A stretch of DNA of 64,000 bases from Sphingobacteriaceae bacterium (GTDB lineage Bacteria; Bacteroidota; Bacteroidia; Sphingobacteriales; Sphingobacteriaceae): NCBI GenBank assembly GCA_029266635.1, contig JAQSWM010000012.1:22324-86323 (forward strand), given 5' to 3'. Positions 8,617 to 18,636 of this stretch are shown piece after piece. Within the stretch, counting starts at the first letter, position 1. Every line of letters starts with the position of its first letter. The translations under genes were made by a program, and so were the position numbers. The notes under the pieces are model-generated. The model did no database searches. It was not told the origin of the DNA and saw nothing but the letters and a program-made list of their open reading frames with translations.

Positions 8617-9144
8617 TTAGTCCTTGCGCTTAAAGATAGGCACTGTTGAGCATGGCTCACCGTACATGATGCTCTTTGCTACCCTGGAAAGTTTCGCAGT
8701 AAGATCAACGTAGGCCGATGTTGGTACCGGAATATCTCCACAGCCTTTCAGCACCACCCGCTGATCGCGGTAACGCTCAAGATCCACGTTTTCAACAGCT
8801 TTCGCGAACAGGTAATCTTCGAGTGCTTCCGCATCGCCAAAGATCACGGAAGCAGCAAACGGTGCAAGTTTATTGGCCAGGAGCATATAAGCCCACGTCG
8901 GCACAATAGCATCGGCAGTGCAGGTGATGGCCACGTGCTTTCCCTGGTAGATTGCCCAGTCGTGTTCTTTCACAAACTCCCTGAAATCTTTTTCCCGTAA
9001 GATGAGGCCGTGGAACAGATTATCCTTGATGTCATACACCACACGCTCACCCTCTGGATAAAACTCCGCCAGATCAAGGCTTATCAGCCCGCTCTGTGCA
9101 ACCTTGTTGATGATATTTTCCTGGATCTCCATTGTATTCAGCAT
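8617..9144 (-). CDS. DUF2480-family protein
   Basis: The string LISLDLAEFYPEGERVVYDIKDNLFHGLILREKDFREFVKEHDW matches my recollection of DUF2480. The true start may be the internal MEIQEN. Confidence 0.6.
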   Translation of the reverse strand: MLNTMEIQENIINKVAQSGLISLDLAEFYPEGERVVYDIKDNLFHGLILREKDFREFVKEHDWAIYQGKHVAITCTADAIVPTWAYMLLANKLAPFAASVIFGDAEALEDYLFAKAVENVDLERYRDQRVVLKGCGDIPVPTSAYVDLTAKLSRVAKSIMYGEPCSTVPIFKRKD

Positions 9145-9204
9145 TCAAAAATCGGCAATAAAAACCTAAAGGCTGTAAATAGGACGTCATAAATATTCCT
9201 TAAA

Positions 9205-9233
9205 CAAAAAATCCGGGAAGAAGCTTCCCGGAT
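9205..9233 (-). terminator. rho-independent terminator downstream of the PpiD-like gene
   Basis: 10-bp perfect stem ATCCGGGAAG/CTTCCCGGAT (9211-9220 with 9224-9233) and a 3-nt loop. On the minus strand it is followed by a T-run (plus-strand A-run 9206-9210). Confidence 0.75.
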
Positions 9234-9251
9234 TACGCATTTATAATGTCT

Positions 9252-11360
9252 TTAAAAGAACTTATAACGATTGTCTTTGATATTTGCTTTATCACGCAGC
9301 ACCCTGAACGCTTCGCCCTGAACACGCTGAGCAATGCTCTGGCTGATCTGCTCTTTCTGCCTGATGGTGTTTGTAAGTGGTGCCGGATTGCTAAACCCAT
9401 TTACTGATACCACATACACCCCCTGCTCGCCCTCAATTGCTTTGGAAAGCTTATTAGGCTGAAGCCCGAACACTGTTCCAACCACTCTGTTCTCCTGAGC
9501 TAAGCCCGGAATGATCGGGTTGGCGAAAACGATGTTCTGAACGGGAACAACCGGAGCTTGAACTTTCTGTGAAACCTGCTGGATTGAAGATGCTCCTGAA
9601 AGCCCGGTGTCAAACTTTTCTTTCAGCATACGAGCTTTGACTTTATTGCGAACCATTGGTTCGATCTGCTTTTTCACCTTGTCCAATGGCAATGTTCCTT
9701 TCGGTCGAATATCAGTAAGTTTCGCTACCGCATATTTATTGTCAAGTTCAAATACCTCATCAGAAACATCACCTTCTTCAGCTGAGAAAGCCCATTTAAT
9801 CACCTTACGGGAATTATCAAGGCCTTGAATCGCCGATTGCGATCCGGTTACGTTATCTGCTGTAAGTTTCGGCGAGCCACTCTTTTTGGCTGCTGCATCA
9901 AAATTCTTGGAATCTTCAACCGAGCTCAAAAATGCTGATGCTTTAGAATATGCCTCCTGCTGAGTTTTGTTGCTGCTATTTAGCGCTTTATCAACAACAG
10001 CCACTTTAGCTACTTTCGATGATCCTACCTGTTTGTCGATGTGAATTACATGCACTCCGTACTGAGTGGTGATTACCTTAAGGTCCCCGGTGCTGCCATT
10101 AAACACTGCTTCTTCAAACTGCGGGATCATTGCGCCGCGGCCAAAAGTTCCCAAATCGCCGCCTTTATCTTTAGAAGCGTCGGTTCCGAACTTCTTAGCG
10201 AGTTCTGCGAAACTAGCTCCTTTGCGGATCAGGTTGGCAACCGAATCTGCTTTTGCTTTCGCTTTGTCAAGCCCACCTTCCGTAGCTGGATTGAAAAGTA
10301 TATGGCTGGCTTTTACAGAATCAGGTCCAATGCGCTGGTCGATCACTTTTGCCACTTTGTAGCTTCCGTTGCTAAATACAGGCCCTACGATAGAGCCGTT
10401 TGCTGCATTGAAAACCAGGCTATCCAAAGCCGGATCGAGTTGGCCTTTATGAACATAACTCACCGGCGCTTTTGTATCAGCATTAATGCTTACAAATAAT
10501 GAATCGTTAGTGCTTGTCCTAAAATCAGCAGCTACTTTGGCGATTGCTGCCTTTGCTTCTGCCGAATCTGATTTTGAAGGAGCAGCATCAAAAACAACGT
10601 ATTCGAATGAGCGGGTTTCTTCCTGATTCTTAAATCTTGCTTTATTTTCTTCGTAATAGTTCTTGTAATCTTCGTCTGTGATGGTCACCTTATTATCAGG
10701 GATAGACGAGTAAGGAAGAATGATATAATTGAAATTTGCCAGCTTGTTGCGCTCCATATAATCTTCCCGAGCCTCCAGCGAGGTAACATACACGCAGTTT
10801 TTTACCAGGTTGTTGTATTTCTGCGCAAGGCGATTTTGTTTCAACCCTACCAGAAAGCCGTTCCATTGCTGGCGCAAAGGAGATTCTGAAGGTTCAGCAT
10901 CTACCCTGCCCAAGAACTGGTTCAACTGAGGACGGTTGATCTGACCGGTTTGCGGATCACCGAAGTTCTGCACTACCTGCGGATCAGGGTTCTTGCCGCT
11001 GATCATATCATTCAGTTCATTTTTGCTTACAGTTAATCCGAGACGGGCAACTTCCTTATCCATCAATATGGATGATACTTCCTGGTTCCAGGTATTTTCC
11101 TGGATGTATGAAGTCATCTGAGCATTCAGGTTGCCACCCATCTGTTGCTTGAAATTGGCAGATGCCTGATCAACCTTTTGATTAAATTCAACAATATCTA
11201 TTGGAGTTCCGGCTACCTCGCCTACTACATTCTGGTTAGCGGCCCAAAAAGGCTGCCCCAAACGCACGGCATCGCTCACCAAAAACGCCACAATTGCCAA
11301 ACCTATCACCACTACGATGATTATTCCCGCACGATTCCGCAGAAAAGTCATTATTCCCAT
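9252..11360 (-). CDS. periplasmic chaperone / peptidyl-prolyl isomerase, PpiD/SurA-like
   Basis: 702 aa. N-terminal membrane anchor IIIVVVIGLAIVAFLV and a parvulin-type rotamase block (KASHILF...GGDLGTFGRGAMIPQFEEAVF). Confidence 0.85.
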   Translation of the reverse strand: MGIMTFLRNRAGIIIVVVIGLAIVAFLVSDAVRLGQPFWAANQNVVGEVAGTPIDIVEFNQKVDQASANFKQQMGGNLNAQMTSYIQENTWNQEVSSILMDKEVARLGLTVSKNELNDMISGKNPDPQVVQNFGDPQTGQINRPQLNQFLGRVDAEPSESPLRQQWNGFLVGLKQNRLAQKYNNLVKNCVYVTSLEAREDYMERNKLANFNYIILPYSSIPDNKVTITDEDYKNYYEENKARFKNQEETRSFEYVVFDAAPSKSDSAEAKAAIAKVAADFRTSTNDSLFVSINADTKAPVSYVHKGQLDPALDSLVFNAANGSIVGPVFSNGSYKVAKVIDQRIGPDSVKASHILFNPATEGGLDKAKAKADSVANLIRKGASFAELAKKFGTDASKDKGGDLGTFGRGAMIPQFEEAVFNGSTGDLKVITTQYGVHVIHIDKQVGSSKVAKVAVVDKALNSSNKTQQEAYSKASAFLSSVEDSKNFDAAAKKSGSPKLTADNVTGSQSAIQGLDNSRKVIKWAFSAEEGDVSDEVFELDNKYAVAKLTDIRPKGTLPLDKVKKQIEPMVRNKVKARMLKEKFDTGLSGASSIQQVSQKVQAPVVPVQNIVFANPIIPGLAQENRVVGTVFGLQPNKLSKAIEGEQGVYVVSVNGFSNPAPLTNTIRQKEQISQSIAQRVQGEAFRVLRDKANIKDNRYKFF

Positions 11361-11477
11361 ATACGTACTATTATATTTTCAAAAGAGGGCGCAAGATACA
11401 ATTTTTGCAAAAACTTAAAACACATATTTTGCTGGTATTCAGAAGCCTGTTTTTGAGATTTTAGATGTGAAATGCTA

Positions 11478-12044
11478 TCAAAATCCCTGACCCGATGGAA
11501 CAGCAATAACGCCATTCCCCTGGTAAACGGTGGCTTTAGACAAGTCGCTTTCAGGAGCTTCAAAGCCGGTGCCCGAGATCGGGAATCCCGACTTATCGGT
11601 TATTACTACCGGCTTTCGTGAGATGATTTTGTGCAAAGCCTCATACCACAAAAGCTCCTCCGACTTAAAGGTGTTTCCCTGGTTATCGGTAACAACCACG
11701 TTCTTGCGAAACTCCACCACCTGCTCCTTCTCTCTGCGTATTGCCATCTCCGAAGTGATCCGGCCGCTCTCCTTCTGTTTCTCGTCGTAGAAGATGATGG
11801 TTACACCTTCGGGCATTACGGAATACGGGTTTTTTGTTTTGTAAGATTTGAATATCGGCGTGCTTAGCTTTGCTTTCACAACAGCAGAATCGCTGTAGAT
11901 TGCTGTTACGCCGTATGTGATATCTACAGGCACGCCCCGGTTGTGTGAGGCAATTTTTTCTACGTCTTTAAGATCGTTTTCGCAGGAAGCAAGCATAATA
12001 GTGCCTGCGAGCAACAGTAACGATCCCTTCAGCCGAAAAAACAT
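11478..12044 (-). CDS. lptC: LPS export system periplasmic protein LptC
   Basis: 188 aa with a lipoprotein-like N-terminus (LLLAGTIMLASC). The OstA/LptC-like beta-jellyroll sequence pattern is common in Bacteroidota LptC. Confidence 0.6.
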   Translation of the reverse strand: MFFRLKGSLLLLAGTIMLASCENDLKDVEKIASHNRGVPVDITYGVTAIYSDSAVVKAKLSTPIFKSYKTKNPYSVMPEGVTIIFYDEKQKESGRITSEMAIRREKEQVVEFRKNVVVTDNQGNTFKSEELLWYEALHKIISRKPVVITDKSGFPISGTGFEAPESDLSKATVYQGNGVIAVPSGQGF

Positions 12045-13354
12045 TAATCAAATTTGAATTTCTGGAACCACTGATCATTAAGCGTAAAGCCAAGGCTGAA
12101 GTTGACATAACGTTCCCGGATCAGGTTGTTTTGAGTAGTGCCACGCTGCCCGAGTTCAGTAGAAAAGTTGATCTTGTAAAACGCTGTACGTGCCGACTGT
12201 AGCGGAAATCCAAAGCCAAACGTTAAAGCCCGGTCTAAAATATCTGTACTCTTTAGGTTGATACCTGTTTTTTCGTAACGTATTCCCAACCGATAATCAA
12301 TCAGGCTGAGGTATTTAGAAGAGATGGCAGTCACATCAGGTGTGTATTGGCCGCCAACATTTAAGCCGATGCTGTTTTGCATGCCGGGATTAGTTGCACC
12401 TAAGCGATAATCTGACCATTGCCGAAGAACAAGATCAGCGCCTAATAGCCATTTGTTGGAGTTCTCAAAAGTGAAGCCGATGGTGTGTGCCGATGGCAAC
12501 TTCAGATCGGATTTTGCATTCTGCTGGAAGAAGGTGGTATCAAATGCCGCCGACTCTTCGCCCTGGCTATTGACACCGTATCTTGTGGTGAGACTGCTTA
12601 ACCTCGAACTGATTTTATTGCCGGAGCTACCTGAATAACCAATGGTCAAACGATTTTTAGCAGTCGGATTAACGGTATACTGAATCCCATAATCAAAATT
12701 CAGCCCGCTAATGCTATTTCGTTTCTCTGTACGGGAGTTTAAGAAAGTACCGTCTGTATTTGCAAATTCAGTTGCGCTGCTTTCCGCCAATTTCCCAAAA
12801 AGAAACGATCCGTTCGCTCCAATGTTGATGTGCTTTCCAAGCTGAAAGCCATAGCCCAGATAAGCTTTGGATATGCCACCATTGCCGGAGTAAGTAAGAT
12901 TTGCCGGAATCGCTGTGCCGCCCACAGTTACCGAGGTTGTGTTGCGGTATTTGTAGCCAAAATCGCTGTAAGGCAACAAGCCAAAGCTCATGGCCGACTT
13001 CTTAGTAACAGGTATGGCAAAAGCGATATGGCTAAGGGAGCCGTTAAAATTGCTGCCTTGCTTTGTTGTGGAATTGCTTAGTTGCGTAAGCCCGGTAAAC
13101 GCACCAATGTCAAAAGTTGTCATCCGTACATTCGCATACGATGCAGGGTTGGCCATGTTGATGTTGTTGTAAATGCCAATATGCTTTACACCCGCCGATA
13201 TGTTGCCCATTGCCCGGTTCTGTGGCAAAAAGGGCCCTCTTAAAATGCCCATCCCAAACTGAGAATATGGAGAACTGCTGGTGGTCTGAGCAACAGCCGC
13301 TCCACTGGCGAGGATAAAAGAGACAAGGAAAATATTTTTGAAAATCTTAATCAT
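12044..13354 (-). CDS. putative outer-membrane beta-barrel protein
   Basis: Signal peptide MIKIFKNIFLVSFILASGAAVAQ, alternating hydrophobic beta-strand pattern, G/S/N/T-rich loops, and an aromatic-rich C-terminus (WFQKFKFD). Confidence 0.65.
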   Translation of the reverse strand: MIKIFKNIFLVSFILASGAAVAQTTSSSPYSQFGMGILRGPFLPQNRAMGNISAGVKHIGIYNNINMANPASYANVRMTTFDIGAFTGLTQLSNSTTKQGSNFNGSLSHIAFAIPVTKKSAMSFGLLPYSDFGYKYRNTTSVTVGGTAIPANLTYSGNGGISKAYLGYGFQLGKHINIGANGSFLFGKLAESSATEFANTDGTFLNSRTEKRNSISGLNFDYGIQYTVNPTAKNRLTIGYSGSSGNKISSRLSSLTTRYGVNSQGEESAAFDTTFFQQNAKSDLKLPSAHTIGFTFENSNKWLLGADLVLRQWSDYRLGATNPGMQNSIGLNVGGQYTPDVTAISSKYLSLIDYRLGIRYEKTGINLKSTDILDRALTFGFGFPLQSARTAFYKINFSTELGQRGTTQNNLIRERYVNFSLGFTLNDQWFQKFKFD

Positions 13355-14090
13355 TATACTGATAAATAACTTCGTTTAAACCTGTTAGCACTAAATTAGG
13401 CTGGGTTTCAAAAGAGTGCGCAAAGATGCTACTTTTCAACCGCGAATCAAAGAACATCGCATCGCCGCCACAAAGCAGGATTTGAAGTTCCGGATATTGT
13501 TCTGAATAGGATTGTATGAATCCAATTGCCTCGTAATAAGTCCCCTGTTGCACTCCCGCCAGCATCGCCGACCGGGTATCATCGCCTAACTTTCCCTCAA
13601 ACCCAGCATCAAAATCAATTAATGGCAACCGTTCTGTAAACTCGTTCATGGCTTTAAAGCGCATGCCGATTCCGGGGGATATGCTGCCTCCATAATAATT
13701 TCGGGAGCTGTCTATAAAATCGTAGGTTATACAGGTACCCGCATCAATCACCAGAACGTTCCTTCCGGGATATTGCGCCTCGGCGCCGATAACTGCTGCC
13801 AATCTATCAAGCCCCAGCGTGGATGGTGTTTTATAGTTGTTTTTTACTCTCCCGCTTAGCCCGGCATTAAACCGGATGTATTTGTATCGGGATTTCAGAT
13901 GGCTTTCAATTTCTGATACTTCCTGATCCACCGAAGAAATTATCGCAGAATCTATGTGCTCTCCACCGGCAAACTGCTCAAGAAAGGCAAGATTAAACTC
14001 TGCCGTTGAACTGCTTTTCTCAATTTCCCGGTTATTGAACAAGGCGGCTTTAGCGAAGGTATTGCCAATATCAACAACCAGGTTGCGCAT
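13347..14090 (-). CDS. coaX: type III pantothenate kinase
   Basis: MRNLVVDIGNTFAKAALF (the DIGNT motif) and VIDAGTCITYD are CoaX signatures. Confidence 0.9.
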   Translation of the reverse strand: MRNLVVDIGNTFAKAALFNNREIEKSSSTAEFNLAFLEQFAGGEHIDSAIISSVDQEVSEIESHLKSRYKYIRFNAGLSGRVKNNYKTPSTLGLDRLAAVIGAEAQYPGRNVLVIDAGTCITYDFIDSSRNYYGGSISPGIGMRFKAMNEFTERLPLIDFDAGFEGKLGDDTRSAMLAGVQQGTYYEAIGFIQSYSEQYPELQILLCGGDAMFFDSRLKSSIFAHSFETQPNLVLTGLNEVIYQYND

Positions 14091-14782
14091 TAAGCATGTG
14101 CTACTTTGAGTATAGATTCAAATATCCCAAGCCCATCCTGATTTGCCAGAAGGCTGTCGGCGGCACGCTCCGGGTGAGGCATCATTCCAAAGACCGTGCG
14201 GCTTTCGTTACAAACTCCGGCTATATTCTGTACTGATCCGTTTAGGTTTGATTCGCTTTTTACATTTCCACCTTCATCGCAATAGCGGAAAAGGATCTGA
14301 TCATTGTCATTGAGTTTCTTCAGAGTATCCTCGTCTGCGAAATAATTCCCCTCACCATGAGCAACAGGTATTTTAAGGGCTTTTGAAGGATCAAGCGCAG
14401 AGGTTATCAGCGAATTGGTTGTTTCCACTTTCAGGTGAACGTTTCTGCAAATAAACTTCCTCGTTTCATTGTGGAGCAGGGCGCCGGGCACCAAACCTGC
14501 TTCGGCAAGTATCTGGAAGCCGTTGCAGATTCCCATCACATATCCGCCTTTGGCTGCAAACTGAATTACTTCCTGCATGATGGGTGAAAAACGGGCAATC
14601 GCCCCTGAGCGAAGGTAATCTCCAAAAGAAAAGCCTCCCGGGAGGATAATAAAGTCTGCACCCTGAAGGTCGTGATCTTTATGCCAAAGCCGCACAACTT
14701 CCTGCTGCATGATTTCCTGAAGCACATAAATAACGTCTTCGTCGCAATTTGAACCGGGAAAAATAACTACTCCAAACTTCAT
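14090..14782 (-). CDS. purQ: phosphoribosylformylglycinamidine synthase, glutaminase subunit PurQ
   Basis: MKFGVVIFPGSNCDEDV, GICNGFQIL (catalytic Cys) and MMPHPER. I prefer the start at 14782 to the ORF-track start at 14812. Confidence 0.9.
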   Translation of the reverse strand: MKFGVVIFPGSNCDEDVIYVLQEIMQQEVVRLWHKDHDLQGADFIILPGGFSFGDYLRSGAIARFSPIMQEVIQFAAKGGYVMGICNGFQILAEAGLVPGALLHNETRKFICRNVHLKVETTNSLITSALDPSKALKIPVAHGEGNYFADEDTLKKLNDNDQILFRYCDEGGNVKSESNLNGSVQNIAGVCNESRTVFGMMPHPERAADSLLANQDGLGIFESILKVAHA

Positions 14783-14887
14783 AGCGACAAAACTATTGAA
14801 ATTTAGGGGCATCGCCGTAAGGCAAGTGTTAAAAAAGGTTAAACAGATTTCCGAATTACGATTGAAGAATACGAGTTTACCTGTGTA

Positions 14888-15862
14888 CTAAGCTATCTGA
14901 AAATAGATGATGGTGCCTGCCAGTATGAGATAAAGGCTTTCATAGAACCAGCGCACTTTGGCGTTGAGGAAATAATAGGCCATAAACACAGAAGCGGGAG
15001 CAACCCCCAGTATGAAGTGTGGGAGCCTTGATTCAGGTTTGATGTAGAACGATACCAGCGCTAAAACCAGCATAAAAAACAGCAGTTGCAGCGACTTACG
15101 AACATGCACGAAGCTCCGGAAGAAGTTCTGCTGCAGGGAAAAAACAGATAGCAGAAGGATAATAATTACAGGTACCAGCACGATGTACCCGTAAGTGATG
15201 GTGAAACTTGCTACAAACGGATTAGCAAGCGGCAGCCAGATGGTATAAAACTTGTCGAGTGAGTCATTCCAGTAATAATAAACAGCCAGAAAGAAATAGA
15301 TAGTTGCAAAGCCGATCAAAGTTGCCGTCCATTCACGCCAGTTGAACGGACGAAAAATGAGAAGGCTGAGCCAGATAAGCGGCATCATGGCAATGAAAGG
15401 AAAATAAATCAGGCTCCCGATTGCGGCCATCATGCTCAGGTCGAACATCACGGGCAAGGCATCATTACGGCGATAGATGCTCAGGAATTTACTGATCATC
15501 CAGATGAGCAGAAAATTGCAAATGAGCGGCGGGGTAATGATTAAAAACGGGGCAAAAAGTGCAGAAACCGTGACATACATTAGTGCGGGCAGCTGCGTAG
15601 GCTTTCCCAACAGGTTGAATTCGTTTATGACAGCATTGAAGATGAAAGCTTGTATCAAAACGAGGATTGCGGCAATAGCAACGTTAACAAAAGGCGAAAA
15701 CGTTAGCGGCTCGGTCGACATCAGCAGCCAGGAAAAAGGCTCGGCAAAACTTAGCGGCAGAGTTTCGGGAAGCTTGAAGAAGACTCCGATCCGCAGCAGG
15801 ATAGCCACTACAATCAGAATTACGACGTTGGCGGGGCTTAGCCGCCGGAAAAGGCTGATCAT
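14888..15862 (-). CDS. polytopic inner-membrane protein of unknown function
   Basis: 324 aa that is almost entirely hydrophobic segments (about 9-10 TM helices). No catalytic motif recognised. Confidence 0.7.
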   Translation of the reverse strand: MISLFRRLSPANVVILIVVAILLRIGVFFKLPETLPLSFAEPFSWLLMSTEPLTFSPFVNVAIAAILVLIQAFIFNAVINEFNLLGKPTQLPALMYVTVSALFAPFLIITPPLICNFLLIWMISKFLSIYRRNDALPVMFDLSMMAAIGSLIYFPFIAMMPLIWLSLLIFRPFNWREWTATLIGFATIYFFLAVYYYWNDSLDKFYTIWLPLANPFVASFTITYGYIVLVPVIIILLLSVFSLQQNFFRSFVHVRKSLQLLFFMLVLALVSFYIKPESRLPHFILGVAPASVFMAYYFLNAKVRWFYESLYLILAGTIIYFQIA

Positions 15863-15931
15863 CTTTTCAAAGGTAGAAGGATTGAGCTGAAAGGCGAAAG
15901 GTTTAAGGGAAAAGCAGCGATACTTTAAAAG

Positions 15932-16918
15932 CTATGTGTGTTCTTTCACTATCCTTTCAACAATAGACGCTGTTTCATTTGGGAACTCCACCCGCATTTT
16001 GTTTTCAGCAGAAATCCATTGTTTCAGCCTGGGTACAAAGTTTTCATCAATTTGCCTGATAACAGGAATACCCAGCCTGGCTGCAGCCTCGGCATTGCAA
16101 AGCTGCTCGTACTGATATTTCATCGGGAAAACCAAAACTCTTTTTCCCAGGTACAAGGCTTCTGCCGGCCCTTCAAAGCCACCACCAGTAAACAGTCCTG
16201 CAGAGGTAGCGAGGCTTTCATTGTATTTTTGATTATTGATCGGCTGAACCGACACATTCCCATCCGTGTAAGCCGTTTTGCAGTGCTTGCTGAAAACTTC
16301 CCAGCTCACATCTGTAATCTGCTTAAAATGGGGCAGCAAGGTTTCATCGTGGAAAGCGGGCAGGTAAACTGTGATGTGCCCTTGACTGCTGGGTTCCATA
16401 TTCCTGATTTCGCTGCGGATGACCGGCGTATGGATAAAGTCATCATATTTCTCAAAATGAAAAGCAACCTTGTGCGAGGTTGGGGCATAGACCTTAAAGA
16501 TCAACTCCGACCAGAAAGAGGTGTTCTTCGGACGCGGTGTTTTATCCGACAGGAAAGATGCCTGATGGCTGAGCGATACGCTTGGCCTGCCTTGCAGCTT
16601 GCACGCCCATGCTGATACAGGCTCAAAATCATTTACAATCAGATCGTAGTTCTTCAAAGGCAGGGAACGGATATCCCGCCAAAGCCTTGAAAGCTTCATC
16701 CTTTTGAAAGATTCCAGGTGGTTTACTCCACCCTTTTTGCCAAAAATGTAGCTGAACCCATGGAAGCGGAAGCTGAGCGGCTGGTCGAGCAAAACATCTG
16801 CCTGCGTGCCACTTACCAGCAAATCAACCTCGCCGTATTGCTGCAACAAAGGCACGATCTCCCGGGCACGGCTTATATGCCCATTTCCGGTTCCCTGAAT
16901 TGCAAAAAGGATCTTCAT
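15932..16918 (-). CDS. GT-B fold glycosyltransferase (MJ1255 / UDP-glucuronosyltransferase-like family)
   Basis: The N-terminus MKILFAIQGTGNGHISRAREIVPLL is characteristic of this family. The C-terminal GGFEGPAEALYLGKRVLVFPMKYQYEQ resembles a nucleotide-sugar binding region. Confidence 0.7.
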   Translation of the reverse strand: MKILFAIQGTGNGHISRAREIVPLLQQYGEVDLLVSGTQADVLLDQPLSFRFHGFSYIFGKKGGVNHLESFKRMKLSRLWRDIRSLPLKNYDLIVNDFEPVSAWACKLQGRPSVSLSHQASFLSDKTPRPKNTSFWSELIFKVYAPTSHKVAFHFEKYDDFIHTPVIRSEIRNMEPSSQGHITVYLPAFHDETLLPHFKQITDVSWEVFSKHCKTAYTDGNVSVQPINNQKYNESLATSAGLFTGGGFEGPAEALYLGKRVLVFPMKYQYEQLCNAEAAARLGIPVIRQIDENFVPRLKQWISAENKMRVEFPNETASIVERIVKEHT

Positions 16919-16975
16919 TTAGGAGGTGGATTCAATTCGGGCGGCAATATCAGAAAACTCTCAAACATTCGGCGG

Positions 16976-17494
16976 TTAGGCCGGAAGCATTTTCTGTATG
17001 CGTTGTAGCTGTTTGTAGTGATGCCGGCTGTGAATTTCGATAAAGCGGAACCATTGGCTGGCGTTCAGCATGCCGAGTCGCGGATGTTTTGCGGTGTGGG
17101 ATGGGTTCGCTTTTCGGGCATCGGGCGCAACTTGTGTAAGCTTGTCTTTAAAGCGGGCAATGCTATTGCGGGCTTCTTCGAGGCTCCACTTTGCAGTAAG
17201 GGCGGCGATCTGTGCTGGAGCTTTTAAGTTGATGGGAGGGAAAACCCCAAAGAAAAGGATGAGCCTACCCGCGAACGTTGGCTTTCCAGTTTGGGGCTTT
17301 GTGCCATGCGAGCAACGTTCAATGGCAACCAGCGAAAGGATGTTTGATTGAAATATGTGCGAGTAAACTTCTGAATACGACCAAACGCCAGGCGCAGGAG
17401 TTTGGGCAAATTGCTCTTCGGTAAGGCCGTTCAGGAACTGCTCGTACTGATCTGCTTCTTTCAGGATGGAGTTAATGCGGGAAGTCTTGCTCAC
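16976..17494 (-). CDS. DinB-family (four-helix bundle) protein
   Basis: 172 aa. Conserved His residues in the pattern VYSHI...HGT...IEIHSRHHYKQL are typical of the DinB_2 superfamily. Confidence 0.6.
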   Translation of the reverse strand: MSKTSRINSILKEADQYEQFLNGLTEEQFAQTPAPGVWSYSEVYSHIFQSNILSLVAIERCSHGTKPQTGKPTFAGRLILFFGVFPPINLKAPAQIAALTAKWSLEEARNSIARFKDKLTQVAPDARKANPSHTAKHPRLGMLNASQWFRFIEIHSRHHYKQLQRIQKMLPA

Positions 17495-18177
17495 AATAGG
17501 TTCATCAATTCGTTTAGGTTGCTGATTTGTCTGGGCACATCTGCCGGCTTTTCCTTGTTCGTTGGATTAAAATAAATCGCATCCATTCCAAATGCCAATG
17601 CGCCATAAACATCCGCCGAAAGGCTATCTCCGATCATCAGGCTTTCGTGCTTTTCGGCTTTTGCCGAGTTAAGGGCATAATCAAATATCGCTTTATCCGG
17701 CTTATTGATCCCGATAATTTCAGAAATTATGATAATGTCGAAATATCCCGCCAGTCCGGTGGTTGCAATCTTGAGTTCAGTTGATTCCTTGAACCCGTTT
17801 GAAATGAGGTGCAGCTTATATTTCGATTGCAGGTAAGCAAGCGTTTCGTGCGCCTGGGGGAAGAGATTGGTTTTGGTGGGACAAATGCGCACATAATCGT
17901 CTTCGAAGTTGGCAGGAATGGCTTCGGGCGCAAGCCCAAGATCGATAAAAGTTTTGCTGAAGCGGGTTTGCCGCAGGTGATCTTTCGTGATCAAGCCCAA
18001 ATGGTAATCAGACCAAAGTCTGTGATTATTATCGGTGTAAGTCTGGATGAAAAGCTCTGCTGAATGCAGTCCCAGCGACTTTAGTTTGTAGACATGATAA
18101 AGTTCATACAAAGTTTCTTCGGCATTGCGGTCAAAATCCCAGATGGTATGGTCAAGATCGAAGAATATGTGTTTGTA
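17491..18177 (-). CDS. HAD-superfamily hydrolase, YjjG-like nucleotidase
   Basis: MYKHIFFDLDHTIWDF (the DxDxT motif I), LISNG, and MIGDSLSADVYGA (motif IV). I prefer the start at 18177. Confidence 0.8.
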   Translation of the reverse strand, partial: YKHIFFDLDHTIWDFDRNAEETLYELYHVYKLKSLGLHSAELFIQTYTDNNHRLWSDYHLGLITKDHLRQTRFSKTFIDLGLAPEAIPANFEDDYVRICPTKTNLFPQAHETLAYLQSKYKLHLISNGFKESTELKIATTGLAGYFDIIIISEIIGINKPDKAIFDYALNSAKAEKHESLMIGDSLSADVYGALAFGMDAIYFNPTNKEKPADVPRQISNLNELMNLL

Positions 18178-18300
18178 CATGGAAGTAGCGATGGCAGATG
18201 AATTGTTGATGTGCAAAGGTGTGAATAAAGTAAGAACGTAAAGAATCTACATACCGCATTGCCGTCTGCTTAACCGAAGAGTAATTAGTTATATTTGAGC

Positions 18301-18636
18301 ATGCAAATAGCAACTTTGATCAGAGAGAAATATGTTGAATTTACCGAAATATGCCGCTCGCATAAAGTGAACAGGCTATATGCTTTTGGTTCAGCAATTA
18401 CTGATCATTTTGATCCGAATACAAGCGATGTTGATGTAGTAGTAGATATCGACATAGAAGATCCCGCTGACCGCGGTGAGGCATTGCTATCGCTCTGGGA
18501 CAAACTGGAGGCATTTTTTAAGAGGAAAGTTGACTTGTTAACGGATGATTCCATACGAAACCCTTATCTTAAATCATATATCAGCCGGACAAAAAAATTG
18601 ATTTATGACAGAGAAAGAGAAAAAGTTTTTGTCTGA
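18301..18636 (+). CDS. MNT-type nucleotidyltransferase (antitoxin partner of HepT)
   Basis: LYAFGSAITDHFDPNTSDVDVVVDI matches the GS-x(10-11)-DxD minimal nucleotidyltransferase motif. About 111 aa. It overlaps the start of the DUF86/HepT frame by 32 nt. Confidence 0.8.
   Translation: MQIATLIREKYVEFTEICRSHKVNRLYAFGSAITDHFDPNTSDVDVVVDIDIEDPADRGEALLSLWDKLEAFFKRKVDLLTDDSIRNPYLKSYISRTKKLIYDREREKVFV

Noticed and set aside
15938-16615. 225-aa plus-strand ORF antisense to the GT-B glycosyltransferase
   Set aside because: It has no recognisable domain and lies entirely within a well-supported minus-strand gene. It is a typical shadow ORF.
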